Source of the DNA: an uncultured Christensenella sp.
GTDB taxonomy: Bacteria > Bacillota > Clostridia > Christensenellales > UBA1242
NCBI GenBank assembly: GCA_949841595.1
Contig: CATKZB010000005.1
Span: 2,178 to 66,177, forward strand
Direction: 5' to 3'
Length of the DNA stretch: 64,000 nucleotides
In this document: piece by piece, positions 29,954 to 37,680 of the stretch
Layout: each line of letters begins with the position of its first letter
Numbering within the stretch: the first letter of the stretch is position 1
The notes under the pieces: model-generated
What the model was told of the DNA's origin: nothing
Seen by the model: only the letters and a program-made list of their open reading frames with translations
Database searches by the model: none
Position numbers and translations under genes: made by a program

Positions 29954-31093
29954 ATGAGTAAAATCAAAGTAGTTCAGTATGGCTGTGGAAAAATGAGTGT
30001 CTACACAATGCGTTATGTTTTTGAAAAAGGTGCAAAGATTGTGGGTGCATTTGACATAGATCCAAATAAGATAGGAAAAGATATAGGAGAAATTATAGGT
30101 GACAACAAAACCTATAAAGTTAAAATTCAAGATGCTAAAAATTTTGAGAAATTTTTAAATTCAAACCAAGTGGATATTGTGCTTGTGACAACAATGAGCT
30201 TGCTTTCTGATGTTGAAGAAGCTTTGCTTACATGTGCTAGATGTGGTGTGAATGCAATCACAACTTGTGAAGAAGCTTTCTTTCCACAAAACAGCAATCC
30301 AAAATTGTTCCAAAAAATCGATCAGCTTGCATCAGAAATGGAGTGCACAATTTGTGGAACAGGCTATCAAGATGTTTTTTGGGGAAACTTAATCAGTGTT
30401 ATTGCTGGTGCAACTCACAAAATAACAAAGATAAAGGGCAAAAGCAGTTATAATGTTGAAGATTATGGCATCGCTTTGGCAAGAGCACATGGTGCAGGGC
30501 TTTCTGTTGCAGACTTTGAAAAAGATGTTGCATCTGCAGATGATATTTCTGATGCAGAAAGAAAGAAGATTATAAGAGCAGGCAAATTTGCACCAAGTTA
30601 TATGTGGAATGTAAATGGCTGGCTTTGCAACAAATTGGGACTTACTGTCACAAAACAAACTCAAAGATGCATTCCTCAAATTGCAAAAAAAGCAATCAAG
30701 AGTTCGACACTTGGCATGACAATTCCAAAAGGTGCATGCACTGGGATGAGTGCCGTTGTTACAACTGAGACGAAGGAAGGAATTGTTATCGAATCCGAAT
30801 GTATCGGAAAAGTTTATGACAACACAGAATTTGATTGCAACGATTGGACAGTTGAGGGAGAACCAAACACAAGAGTTGTGATTGAAAGACCTGCAACGGT
30901 TGAGCTTACTTGTGCCACAGTGGTAAACAGAATTCCAGAGGTTTTGATGGCACCTCCAGGATTTTTCACAACAGATTATATGCCAGAAAATTATTATAAA
31001 CAAGCAAATTTGGACAAGTATGTTGCTTTTGAAGATTGTTGTTGTGACGAAGGTTGCGATTGTCATTCACATAACCATGAATGTGATTGCTAG
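29954..31093 (+). CDS. NAD(P)-binding oxidoreductase, DapB-like / amine-dehydrogenase-like family, with a Cys/His-rich C-terminal tail
   Basis: ATG at 29954 is preceded by AAGGAGGG, and the ORF-track start at 29909 has no SD. The N-terminal Rossmann motif is KVVQYGCGKMS. The general layout resembles dihydrodipicolinate-reductase-like amine dehydrogenases. The tail is FEDCCCDEGCDCHSHNHECDC. Confidence 0.5.
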   Translation: MSKIKVVQYGCGKMSVYTMRYVFEKGAKIVGAFDIDPNKIGKDIGEIIGDNKTYKVKIQDAKNFEKFLNSNQVDIVLVTTMSLLSDVEEALLTCARCGVNAITTCEEAFFPQNSNPKLFQKIDQLASEMECTICGTGYQDVFWGNLISVIAGATHKITKIKGKSSYNVEDYGIALARAHGAGLSVADFEKDVASADDISDAERKKIIRAGKFAPSYMWNVNGWLCNKLGLTVTKQTQRCIPQIAKKAIKSSTLGMTIPKGACTGMSAVVTTETKEGIVIESECIGKVYDNTEFDCNDWTVEGEPNTRVVIERPATVELTCATVVNRIPEVLMAPPGFFTTDYMPENYYKQANLDKYVAFEDCCCDEGCDCHSHNHECDC

Positions 31094-31134
31094 TGTGAAT
31101 TAAATTTGCTTTATTATGTTTACAGGAGAAAAAA

Positions 31135-31767
31135 ATGAAAAACGGAATGATTGTCAGTTTTGAAGGTGGAGAAGGGTGTGGAAAAAGCACTCAAATCAAA
31201 ATGTTTAAAGAATATCTTGAAAAAAATGGTTTTGATTTTTTGATAACTCGAGAGCCAGGAGGCACTGAACTTGGAGAAAACATCAGAGAATTATTGCTAC
31301 ATTCAAAGGGTGAAATTTCTCCTGAAACTGAATTTCTTCTTTTCAGTGCAAGCAGAGCAAAATTGGTTCAAGATGTGATAAAGCCTGCACTTGCAAATGG
31401 AAAAATCGTTGTGCTTGACAGATATTATGATTCTTCTTACACCTATCAAGGTTATGCTGGAAATCTTTCTCTTTCAGATTTAAAAACAATCACTGAATTT
31501 GCAATTAAGGGATGTGTCCCTGATTTGACAATTCTTTTGGATTTAAGCTTTGATGAAGGAATGAGCAGAAAATCGAAGGATGAAAATTTGAAAAATCTGG
31601 ACAGAATTGAGCAAAAAGGAAGATCTTTTCATGAAAAGGTGAGAGAAGGCTATTTGAAACTTGCCGAGCAAGATAAAGAGCGTATTTTTGTTGTTGATGC
31701 TTCACAATCACCTTATAAGGTTTTTGAGACAATAAAAACAGAATTTGAAAAAAGACTGAAAAAGTAA
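31135..31767 (+). CDS. tmk: thymidylate kinase (dTMP kinase)
   Basis: The P-loop is FEGGEGCGKSTQ, with the DRY-type motif LDRYYDSSYTYQG. Length is 210 aa, and an AGGAG SD lies upstream. Confidence 0.9.
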   Translation: MKNGMIVSFEGGEGCGKSTQIKMFKEYLEKNGFDFLITREPGGTELGENIRELLLHSKGEISPETEFLLFSASRAKLVQDVIKPALANGKIVVLDRYYDSSYTYQGYAGNLSLSDLKTITEFAIKGCVPDLTILLDLSFDEGMSRKSKDENLKNLDRIEQKGRSFHEKVREGYLKLAEQDKERIFVVDASQSPYKVFETIKTEFEKRLKK

Positions 31768-31772
31768 AAAAT

Positions 31773-31799
31773 AAAAAACACGGTAATCCGTGTTTTTTT
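31773..31799. terminator. bidirectional rho-independent terminator between convergent tmk and the YhhN-family gene
   Basis: Hairpin aaaaaacacgg-taat-ccgtgtttttt, flanked by an A-run and a T-run. Confidence 0.8.
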
Positions 31800-31800
31800 A

Positions 31801-32499
31801 TTAAATTATAAACAAAATTGAAATTGCAAGCATCACTTGTGCCAAGTAATATGTGATATGATTTAAATAGACAAGATATTTTGCAGTTTTCCCACCAAAA
31901 TATTGCATTGACAGAACCATGTCGGAAATCAAGAACAAGATCATTCCACTTGCAAATATCCAATAAATTGGGTTGAAAATTGCAATTGCAATTGTATAAG
32001 CCACCATGAAGGTGAGAATAAAGCAATATGAAATCACAACATAGAGCATTTTTCCGAAGTCCAGCCCCATTTTTTTAGAGATAAAGATTATGGCAATTGT
32101 CAACACGATTGCAATTCCAACTGAAGCGAGCACACACCACAAAAGATTTTTTGGTGAAACTGCTGAGTTGTATAACAACGCTGAAATAAAGTAGAAAAAG
32201 TGTCCAACTGCAAAAGAATATGTACCAGCAACAAAATATTTGTTGCCATCTTCTGGATACATGATTTTCAAATCAAGCAATATATCGCCCACAAGTCCAA
32301 AAACAAGTCCAATCAAAATCAAAAGGTTGAAATTGTTTGAGGATGATACTTTAATTGCAAAAACAGCACATAAAACAAAACATAGTGATGAGAAAATTTT
32401 GAGTAGAAGGGAGTACACATTTGCTTTTTCTGTTCTAAACCAACAGAAAATTGAAGCAAAAATCAAACTAAAAACTCCAAAAATAATACTTGCAATCAT
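31801..32499 (-). CDS. YhhN-family membrane protein (lysoplasmalogenase-like, TMEM86 family)
   Basis: Polytopic membrane protein with YhhN-type motifs: GLVGDILLD, FAVGHFFY, LFLISDMVLS, YYLAQVMLA. A GGAGG SD is present. The gene starts 11 nt after the upstream hydrolase stop. Confidence 0.7.
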   Translation of the reverse strand: MIASIIFGVFSLIFASIFCWFRTEKANVYSLLLKIFSSLCFVLCAVFAIKVSSSNNFNLLILIGLVFGLVGDILLDLKIMYPEDGNKYFVAGTYSFAVGHFFYFISALLYNSAVSPKNLLWCVLASVGIAIVLTIAIIFISKKMGLDFGKMLYVVISYCFILTFMVAYTIAIAIFNPIYWIFASGMILFLISDMVLSMQYFGGKTAKYLVYLNHITYYLAQVMLAISILFII

Positions 32500-32510
32500 A
32501 AGACCTCCAA

Positions 32511-33479
32511 TTATTCATTATAAAAATTGACAATATCTTGATAAATTGTGTCACGATCAGTTTCATTCAAAAGTTCGTGACGGTCATTTTCATAGATTTT
32601 CAATATTGTGTTCACATTGTTGTGTAGATAAATTTTAAAAAGTTTTTTGACATGTTTTCCACCAGAGCTCAGTGGGTCTTTGTCCCCAACAATCAGCATA
32701 AGTTTCTTGTTTCCAATTTTGTTTATGCCAGAGTTTGCTTTTGTCATTGCCTTAAACAAACTTTTATAAAAACTGAAAGGGAACGAACCTCCACAATATT
32801 CATCGCTCAGATATTCGTCATAAATTTTTTCGTCTTTTGTCAGCCAATTGCCTCTTTCAAATCCTTTTTCATAGGATTTGATACACATTTTCTCAATGAA
32901 ACCACCCATTGAGTTTTCGGTTTTGAAAGGGGTAAGAAGGGTTGCAACAACATTTCCGAGTTTCATTGCAAGACAGCTTCCATTGGTTGTGCCACTTATC
33001 ACAGCTTTTTCAACAAGGGATGTGCGTTGGACAAGATTTTGAGTTAACATAGAACCATAAGAATGGCCAAGTAAATAAATTGGAAGATTATACTTTTCTT
33101 TTGCAAAAGAAATGATGTTGAGTTGGTCTTGAAGAGTTTCATTAAAAATGTCTTTTTCACCAAATCCAAGTTTGTCTTTACTTATGGCAGTTTTTCCATG
33201 CCCACGCAAATCACTGGTTATGACCAAAAAGCCATTTTTATTAAGAAACTGAGCAAAGTTTTTATAACGCAAGCAATGCTCTTGCATTCCATGGACAATG
33301 ATCACAACAGCTTTTGGGTTTTCAACATTTTCATACAAATAAGTGTTCAGTTCCAAATCATGAAAGCCGAGAATCTTTATATTTTTTGGTTCAAAAGTTT
33401 TTGCAGATTTCTTTTTTGTTGAAACTTTTGTGGCAGAAACTTTTTTTGTTGATTTTGTTTTTTGTTTGTTCTCTTCCAT
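32511..33479 (-). CDS. alpha/beta hydrolase, lysophospholipase / monoacylglycerol-lipase-like
   Basis: Motifs: HGMQEH..RY...A..L...GF.V...DLRGHGKT, nucleophile elbow GHSYGS, VGDKDPL, and a C-terminal RHELLNE. ATG at 33479 has an AAGGAG SD, whereas the ORF-track GTG start at 33512 does not. The N-terminus is Lys-rich. Confidence 0.75.
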   Translation of the reverse strand: MEENKQKTKSTKKVSATKVSTKKKSAKTFEPKNIKILGFHDLELNTYLYENVENPKAVVIIVHGMQEHCLRYKNFAQFLNKNGFLVITSDLRGHGKTAISKDKLGFGEKDIFNETLQDQLNIISFAKEKYNLPIYLLGHSYGSMLTQNLVQRTSLVEKAVISGTTNGSCLAMKLGNVVATLLTPFKTENSMGGFIEKMCIKSYEKGFERGNWLTKDEKIYDEYLSDEYCGGSFPFSFYKSLFKAMTKANSGINKIGNKKLMLIVGDKDPLSSGGKHVKKLFKIYLHNNVNTILKIYENDRHELLNETDRDTIYQDIVNFYNE

Positions 33480-33733
33480 ATTTCTCCTTACTTTATTAAT
33501 AATGATTTCCACTTTTATTTAATTATATATCTTTTTATAAGTTTAGCACATTTGTTGTTTTTGTTAAAGCGAAAATTGAAAATTTTTCAACTTATCAGAC
33601 TATGGGCTCTTTTAATTACACAAAACAAGGTAAAATCTTAAATTTCACTGATTTATTTTTAAATATTGGATTTATCTTTTTAAAGTTTGGAAATTCTAGC
33701 ATTTTTTCTCACAAATTTTGGAATTAGAGTTTA

Positions 33734-33786
33734 TTCGACAAGTTCTGATTTATCGCGACAAAATTACCAATTTTTTTATTTCGTCA
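33734..33786 (+). promoter_or_regulatory. cluster of Spo0A-box (0A box, TGNCGAA) motifs upstream of the spo0A-like gene
   Basis: TTCGACA at 33734-33740 is the reverse complement of TGTCGAA. TTCGTCA at 33780-33786 is the reverse complement of TGACGAA. A degenerate TCGCGACA lies at 33753-33760. All three are in the same orientation, 67-119 nt upstream of the ATG. Confidence 0.45.
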
Positions 33787-33852
33787 TTTTGTTATTATGT
33801 GGTATCTTTATCATGTTTTTGCAAGAATACAAAATTTAAAGGAGTAAAAATC

Positions 33853-34602
33853 ATGGAAAACATTATAGAAAACAATATGCCGAAAATTTATTTCGCAGAC
33901 AACACAGAAGAAAATTCAGTTATGGAATATTTTAAAAAGAGTGAAAATTTCAACTTTGTGGGAGCAAGCTCTGACGGGCTTAAAGTTGTCAAAGATGTTG
34001 AAGCTTTGAAACCCGATGTTTTGGTTATGGAAGTTATGCTTTCAAATCTTGATGGATTTGCAGTTTTGGACAAAGTGAAAGAACTTAAGGATATGATGCC
34101 AAAAGTGTTTTTCATTTCAAATTTGTCACACAGTGGTTTTGTGACAAAGGCAATTCAGTCAGGAGCAAGTTATTTTATGGTTAAACCTGTTTCTCCAGAA
34201 AACTTGGAAAACAGAATTTTTGAAGTTTTAAACAACGGTAAAAGCAAGGATGGAAACAAACAACTTGATGAAAAGATTTCAAATATTTTTATCAGCATTG
34301 GCATCCCTGCGCATATAAAAGGTTATCAGTTCCTTCGTGAAGCTGTGAAGCTGGCAGTTGAAGAGCCTGAAATCATTGGTTCTATCACCAAAAAACTTTA
34401 TCCAACGATTGCCGAAAGGTTTGAAACAAGCTCAAGCAAAGTTGAAAGAGGTATGCGTCATGCCATTGAAGTTGCGTGGAACAGAGGAAAAATTGAAAAT
34501 ATAAACAATATTTTCGGATTAAAGATATATAATAGAAATGAGAAGCCTACAAACGGCGAACTTATCGCTTTGATTGCAGACAAAATGATTATGGACGGCT
34601 GA
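33853..34602 (+). CDS. spo0A: Spo0A-family response regulator with an atypical receiver domain (Glu at the phospho-acceptor position)
   Basis: The C-terminal domain closely matches the Spo0A DNA-binding domain: GIPAHIKGYQFLREAV, GSITKKLYP.IA..F.TSSSKVERGMRHAIEVAWNRG, KPTNGELIALIADK. In the receiver, PDVLVMEVMLSNLDG aligns with PDVLVLDIIMPHLDG of B. subtilis. ATG at 33853 has an AAAGGAG SD, and the ORF-track start at 33718 is rejected. Confidence 0.85.
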   Translation: MENIIENNMPKIYFADNTEENSVMEYFKKSENFNFVGASSDGLKVVKDVEALKPDVLVMEVMLSNLDGFAVLDKVKELKDMMPKVFFISNLSHSGFVTKAIQSGASYFMVKPVSPENLENRIFEVLNNGKSKDGNKQLDEKISNIFISIGIPAHIKGYQFLREAVKLAVEEPEIIGSITKKLYPTIAERFETSSSKVERGMRHAIEVAWNRGKIENINNIFGLKIYNRNEKPTNGELIALIADKMIMDG

Positions 34603-34660
34603 TTTAGCACAAAATTACTCAAAAAATTGAATAATTTATAAAAAAATTTTGAATAAGGTA

Positions 34661-34689
34661 TTGAATTAAAATTTTTGATGTGCTATAAT
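34661..34689 (+). promoter_or_regulatory. sigma-A-type promoter (TTGAAT-17-TATAAT with TG extension)
   Basis: TTGAAT at 34661-34666, a 17-nt spacer ending tgc, and TATAAT at 34684-34689. AGGAGG and ATG 34713 lie downstream. Confidence 0.65.
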
Positions 34690-34712
34690 ATGCCTAACTT
34701 AGGAGGTATTTT

Positions 34713-36332
34713 ATGTCTAGAACACTCTCAAAAATTTTAGTTACGTGTGCTATGATAGCTGTTTTCCCACTTATTATTGTTGGGACAGCATTTGCAGCTT
34801 ATTTCTCTATAGACGCAAGTGTAAATGTAGGTGTTTACACAAATCAATTGTCACCTGCTGTTGATGCATATGCACAAGTGCTCTATAATGGAAAGGCTAA
34901 TTCTGACAAAATTCTTATCAAACAAGGACACACAAACACAATAGAACTTAAAGCAACTGCAAAAGGTTATGATTTCAAAGGCTGGTTTGCTGGAGATAAA
35001 GAATCATATGCAGCTGCTCATCAAGCAGGCACTGTTAAATTTGCAATGGAAGACGATGTTGTTACTGTTGGCATGACAGACTATCAAAAACTTTTGGCAG
35101 TTTTTGAAATTCAGGAAAATGAAGTTTCATATGCTTATAAAGCGACTCCAGATGCAACAGAAAACACATTGACTACTCCAGAAACAGATGATAGTGATGC
35201 CACAACAAAAATTTATTATTATGGAGAAAATCTTCCAATTTTGGTTGCTCCAACAGCTCAATATTCATTTGGTGGTTGGAAAGTGGTTGGAGATGAAACA
35301 AACACTATCTATACTCAAGCAACATTCTCTGGTTTGAAAGACATTACTTTGGAAGCAGTTTGGAATGAAAATCTTGAAATTAAAGTGAACTATTATAATA
35401 ACAAAAATGACGAAGAGCCTCTTTGGATAGAAACTGACATTGTTTACCAAAATCAAGAATACACATTGAAAAAATTGGAAAACTTTAAACCTGATTTTGC
35501 AAAAGAAGCTGGCTATGCATATAGCTGGGTTGATGGAGAAGGTAATGCAATTACAAAAATAATCTCAAAAGAAGATGTTAATGTCTATCTTGCTAAAACA
35601 GCCATCAATTATAGTGCAGCATTAACAATAAATGAAAGTGATGAGGCATTTATCAGCACAAACGTTGCTACAGATGTAAACTTTACAGCAGAAAATATGA
35701 GTGCTTTGGAAGCATGGTTTAATGTTGAAAATTGGAATATAAAATATTCATTCCATAAATTTATAGGAATAAAAGTAGGTGAAACAACTTATACAGATTT
35801 CGACACTTTTAAAACTGTTGCAGAAAACTTGATCAACGCAAACCCAGATGGACCAAAAGATAATAAAATATCTGCAGAAGTTGTATTAGAGAAGAATTTC
35901 ACAAAAGTTGAAGTTACTGAAAAAGTTTCTTACAAACTTGCTCATGCTCAAAATCCTAACATTGCAATTGACAACATTTACACAGAAGCTGGATCAGTTA
36001 AAGATGAAATTACTGGCGAAAATGAAGTTAATTCAATAGACAATATTTTGGAATTGATTCATATGGATGAAAATTCTAAATTCTATGATGCAGATAAAAA
36101 TGCAGAAACACGTAATCCTGTTGAATTGTCAAGAGTAAGAGTCACAATCAACGGAACTCAAAAAGTTTACAGAGTTTCTGCAAATATGACAGTTAATGAT
36201 TTGATTGAATTGATTGTGCAAGATTATACCCTTGATGGCGTTGATATTTTGACAATTTCAACAGTTGAGGTTATCTTCAACAGAACTGCTGTTGAAACAG
36301 AAACTCCAACAGAACCTGATTTTGTAATCTAA
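34713..36332 (+). CDS. membrane-anchored surface protein with Listeria-Bacteroides-type repeats
   Basis: The N-terminal hydrophobic anchor is ILVTCAMIAVFPLIIVGTAFAAYF. Flg_new-like motifs are KGYDFKGWF, YSFGGWKV and GYAYSWVDG. An AGGAGG SD is present. Confidence 0.6.
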   Translation: MSRTLSKILVTCAMIAVFPLIIVGTAFAAYFSIDASVNVGVYTNQLSPAVDAYAQVLYNGKANSDKILIKQGHTNTIELKATAKGYDFKGWFAGDKESYAAAHQAGTVKFAMEDDVVTVGMTDYQKLLAVFEIQENEVSYAYKATPDATENTLTTPETDDSDATTKIYYYGENLPILVAPTAQYSFGGWKVVGDETNTIYTQATFSGLKDITLEAVWNENLEIKVNYYNNKNDEEPLWIETDIVYQNQEYTLKKLENFKPDFAKEAGYAYSWVDGEGNAITKIISKEDVNVYLAKTAINYSAALTINESDEAFISTNVATDVNFTAENMSALEAWFNVENWNIKYSFHKFIGIKVGETTYTDFDTFKTVAENLINANPDGPKDNKISAEVVLEKNFTKVEVTEKVSYKLAHAQNPNIAIDNIYTEAGSVKDEITGENEVNSIDNILELIHMDENSKFYDADKNAETRNPVELSRVRVTINGTQKVYRVSANMTVNDLIELIVQDYTLDGVDILTISTVEVIFNRTAVETETPTEPDFVI

Positions 36333-36360
36333 AATTATTTTTGAAATATTTGAAAATAAG

Positions 36361-36390
36361 TTGACACTCGCTCTCTGAATATGATATATT
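36361..36390 (+). promoter_or_regulatory. promoter of tRNA-Val (TTGACA -35, TATATT -10)
   Basis: TTGACA at 36361-36366 and tgaTATATT ending at 36390. The tRNA starts 14 nt downstream. Confidence 0.55.
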
Positions 36391-36403
36391 TAGAGAGCAT
36401 TGA

Positions 36404-36479
36404 GGAAGTTTAGCTCAGCTGGGAGAGCATCTGCCTTACAAGCAGAGGGTCATAGGTTCGAGCCCTATAACTTCCACCA
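36404..36479 (+). tRNA. tRNA-Val (anticodon TAC)
   Basis: A 76-nt cloverleaf folded by hand: acceptor GGAAGTT/AACTTCC, D stem GCTC/GAGC, anticodon stem TCTGC/GCAGA with loop CTTACAA, T arm ATAGG-TTCGAGC-CCTAT, and an encoded CCA. Confidence 0.92.
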
Positions 36480-36486
36480 ATCGATG

Positions 36487-36516
36487 AAACACATCACTTT
36501 AAGTGATGTGTTTTTT
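36487..36516 (+). terminator. rho-independent terminator after tRNA-Val
   Basis: Hairpin aaacacatcac-tttaa-gtgatgtgttt followed by T6. Confidence 0.8.
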
Positions 36517-36575
36517 CTTATATAATTTGGAAAATTTTTGGTTTGGTGATATAATCATCAAAAGGAGACTTAAAC

Positions 36576-37220
36576 ATGAGAATTGCTTTAATAAACGAAA
36601 ATAGTCAAGCAGGCAAAAATGAGTTGATATTTAACATTTTAAATAATGTTGCGTCAAAATACGGTGACACTGTTGTCAATTACGGTATGTTTGGTGCAGA
36701 TGATAAACATTCGTTGACTTATGTGAAAGCTGGACTACTTGCTGGAATTTTGTTAAACTCCGAAGCAGTGGATTTTGTGGTGACTGGGTGTGGAACTGGT
36801 CAAGGAGCAATGTTGGCACTTAACAGTTTTCCAAATGTTTTATGTGGACATATTGTAGATGCAAGTGATGCATTTATGTTTCGTGAAATCAATGATGGAA
36901 ATGCAGTTAGTTTGGCTTATGCAAAAGGTTTTGGTTGGGGAGCAGAGCTTGAACTGGAAAATATATTTGACAAACTTTTAAGTACATCAGGTGGAAATGG
37001 TTATCCAAAAGAGAGAGCTGTTCCAGAAAAACAAAACAAACTTATTTTGGACGATGTAAAAAATGTGACACACAAAGATATGTTGACGATTCTGAAATCC
37101 ATTGATCAGCAATTTTTGAAAGAAACAATTGATTATCAGTTTTTCAGAGATAATTTCTTTACTTCATGTAAAGATAAAAAGATAGAGAAATATTTAAGAC
37201 AGATATTGAAGATAAAATAA
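36576..37220 (+). CDS. RpiB/LacA/LacB-family sugar-phosphate isomerase-like protein with a C-terminal extension
   Basis: MRIALINENSQAGKN..., VVTGCGTGQGAMLALN and NAVSLAYAKG resemble the RpiB fold motifs (ICGTGIG..., NVL.LG). Length is 214 aa against about 150 for RpiB. An AAGGAG SD is present. Confidence 0.5.
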   Translation: MRIALINENSQAGKNELIFNILNNVASKYGDTVVNYGMFGADDKHSLTYVKAGLLAGILLNSEAVDFVVTGCGTGQGAMLALNSFPNVLCGHIVDASDAFMFREINDGNAVSLAYAKGFGWGAELELENIFDKLLSTSGGNGYPKERAVPEKQNKLILDDVKNVTHKDMLTILKSIDQQFLKETIDYQFFRDNFFTSCKDKKIEKYLRQILKIK

Positions 37221-37262
37221 TGCGACAGAGAGAATCTAAGATTTTTTCTTTTTTTCAAAAAA

Positions 37263-37328
37263 ATGTAAATAAAACTTGACATATTCTAAGAAAAGTCATA
37301 TAATTATAATGTAAATAAAACTTTACAT
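37263..37328 (+). promoter_or_regulatory. consensus sigma-A promoter (TTGACA-17-TATAAT) bracketed by two copies of a 20-bp palindromic operator
   Basis: ATGTAAATAAAACTTGACAT at 37263-37282 overlaps the -35 hexamer (TTGACA 37276-37281). TATAAT is at 37299-37304. ATGTAAATAAAACTTTACAT at 37309-37328 lies over the expected transcription start. Each copy is an inverted repeat, ATGTAAA-N6-TTTACAT. Confidence 0.6.
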
Positions 37329-37343
37329 AAAAGGAGAAGGAAT

Positions 37344-37676
37344 ATGGAAAAAGAAGAAGTCTTAAAAAAGGCTAAAAGCAAAAAATCTTATGTTGGTGAA
37401 ATGGAATCAACAAAAATGAATTTGGGAAATTGGATTGCTTTGATAATTGCAGGTGTGGTGGCAGTTGGTTTCATTATAACTGAAGGTTGTTTAAGACATT
37501 TCACTGCACAATTTGCTATTTCTGCAATTTGTTTTACTTGGGCAAGCGTGATGTATTCATGTCAATATTTCATGGCGAAACGTCCATGGCCAGTTCTGAT
37601 CGGGGCTGTTTTGGAAGGTCTTGCAGCGATTGCAATGATTGTTCTGTTTGCTGTATCTTATGTACAAGCGTGGTGA
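37344..37676 (+). CDS. small membrane protein (DUF6442-like), first gene of the XRE operon
   Basis: 110 aa with an AAGGAGAAGG SD. Polar N-terminus MEKEEVLKKAKSKK, then 3 hydrophobic helices. The stop is 4 nt before the HTH gene. Confidence 0.55.
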   Translation: MEKEEVLKKAKSKKSYVGEMESTKMNLGNWIALIIAGVVAVGFIITEGCLRHFTAQFAISAICFTWASVMYSCQYFMAKRPWPVLIGAVLEGLAAIAMIVLFAVSYVQAW

Positions 37677-37680
37677 CGAG

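Noticed and set aside
30389-31066. 225-aa minus-strand ORF
   Set aside because: It is entirely antisense to the well-supported DapB-like oxidoreductase gene. Its composition is Cys/Phe/Ile-rich and it has no SD.
34600-34602. Possibility of genetic code 4 (TGA = Trp), given the AT-rich, Mollicutes-like composition
   Set aside because: TGA terminates conserved genes at the expected ends (the spo0A-like gene at 34600-34602, the small membrane protein at 37674-37676, the lipoprotein at 40355-40357). Every Trp in conserved motifs (e.g. the GW of the repeats) is TGG.
37263-37328. The two 20-bp palindromes as terminal inverted repeats of a miniature mobile element
   Set aside because: They are direct copies 46 bp apart, positioned exactly over the -35 and +1 of a consensus promoter. 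There is no target-site duplication and no transposase. An operator function is the simpler reading.
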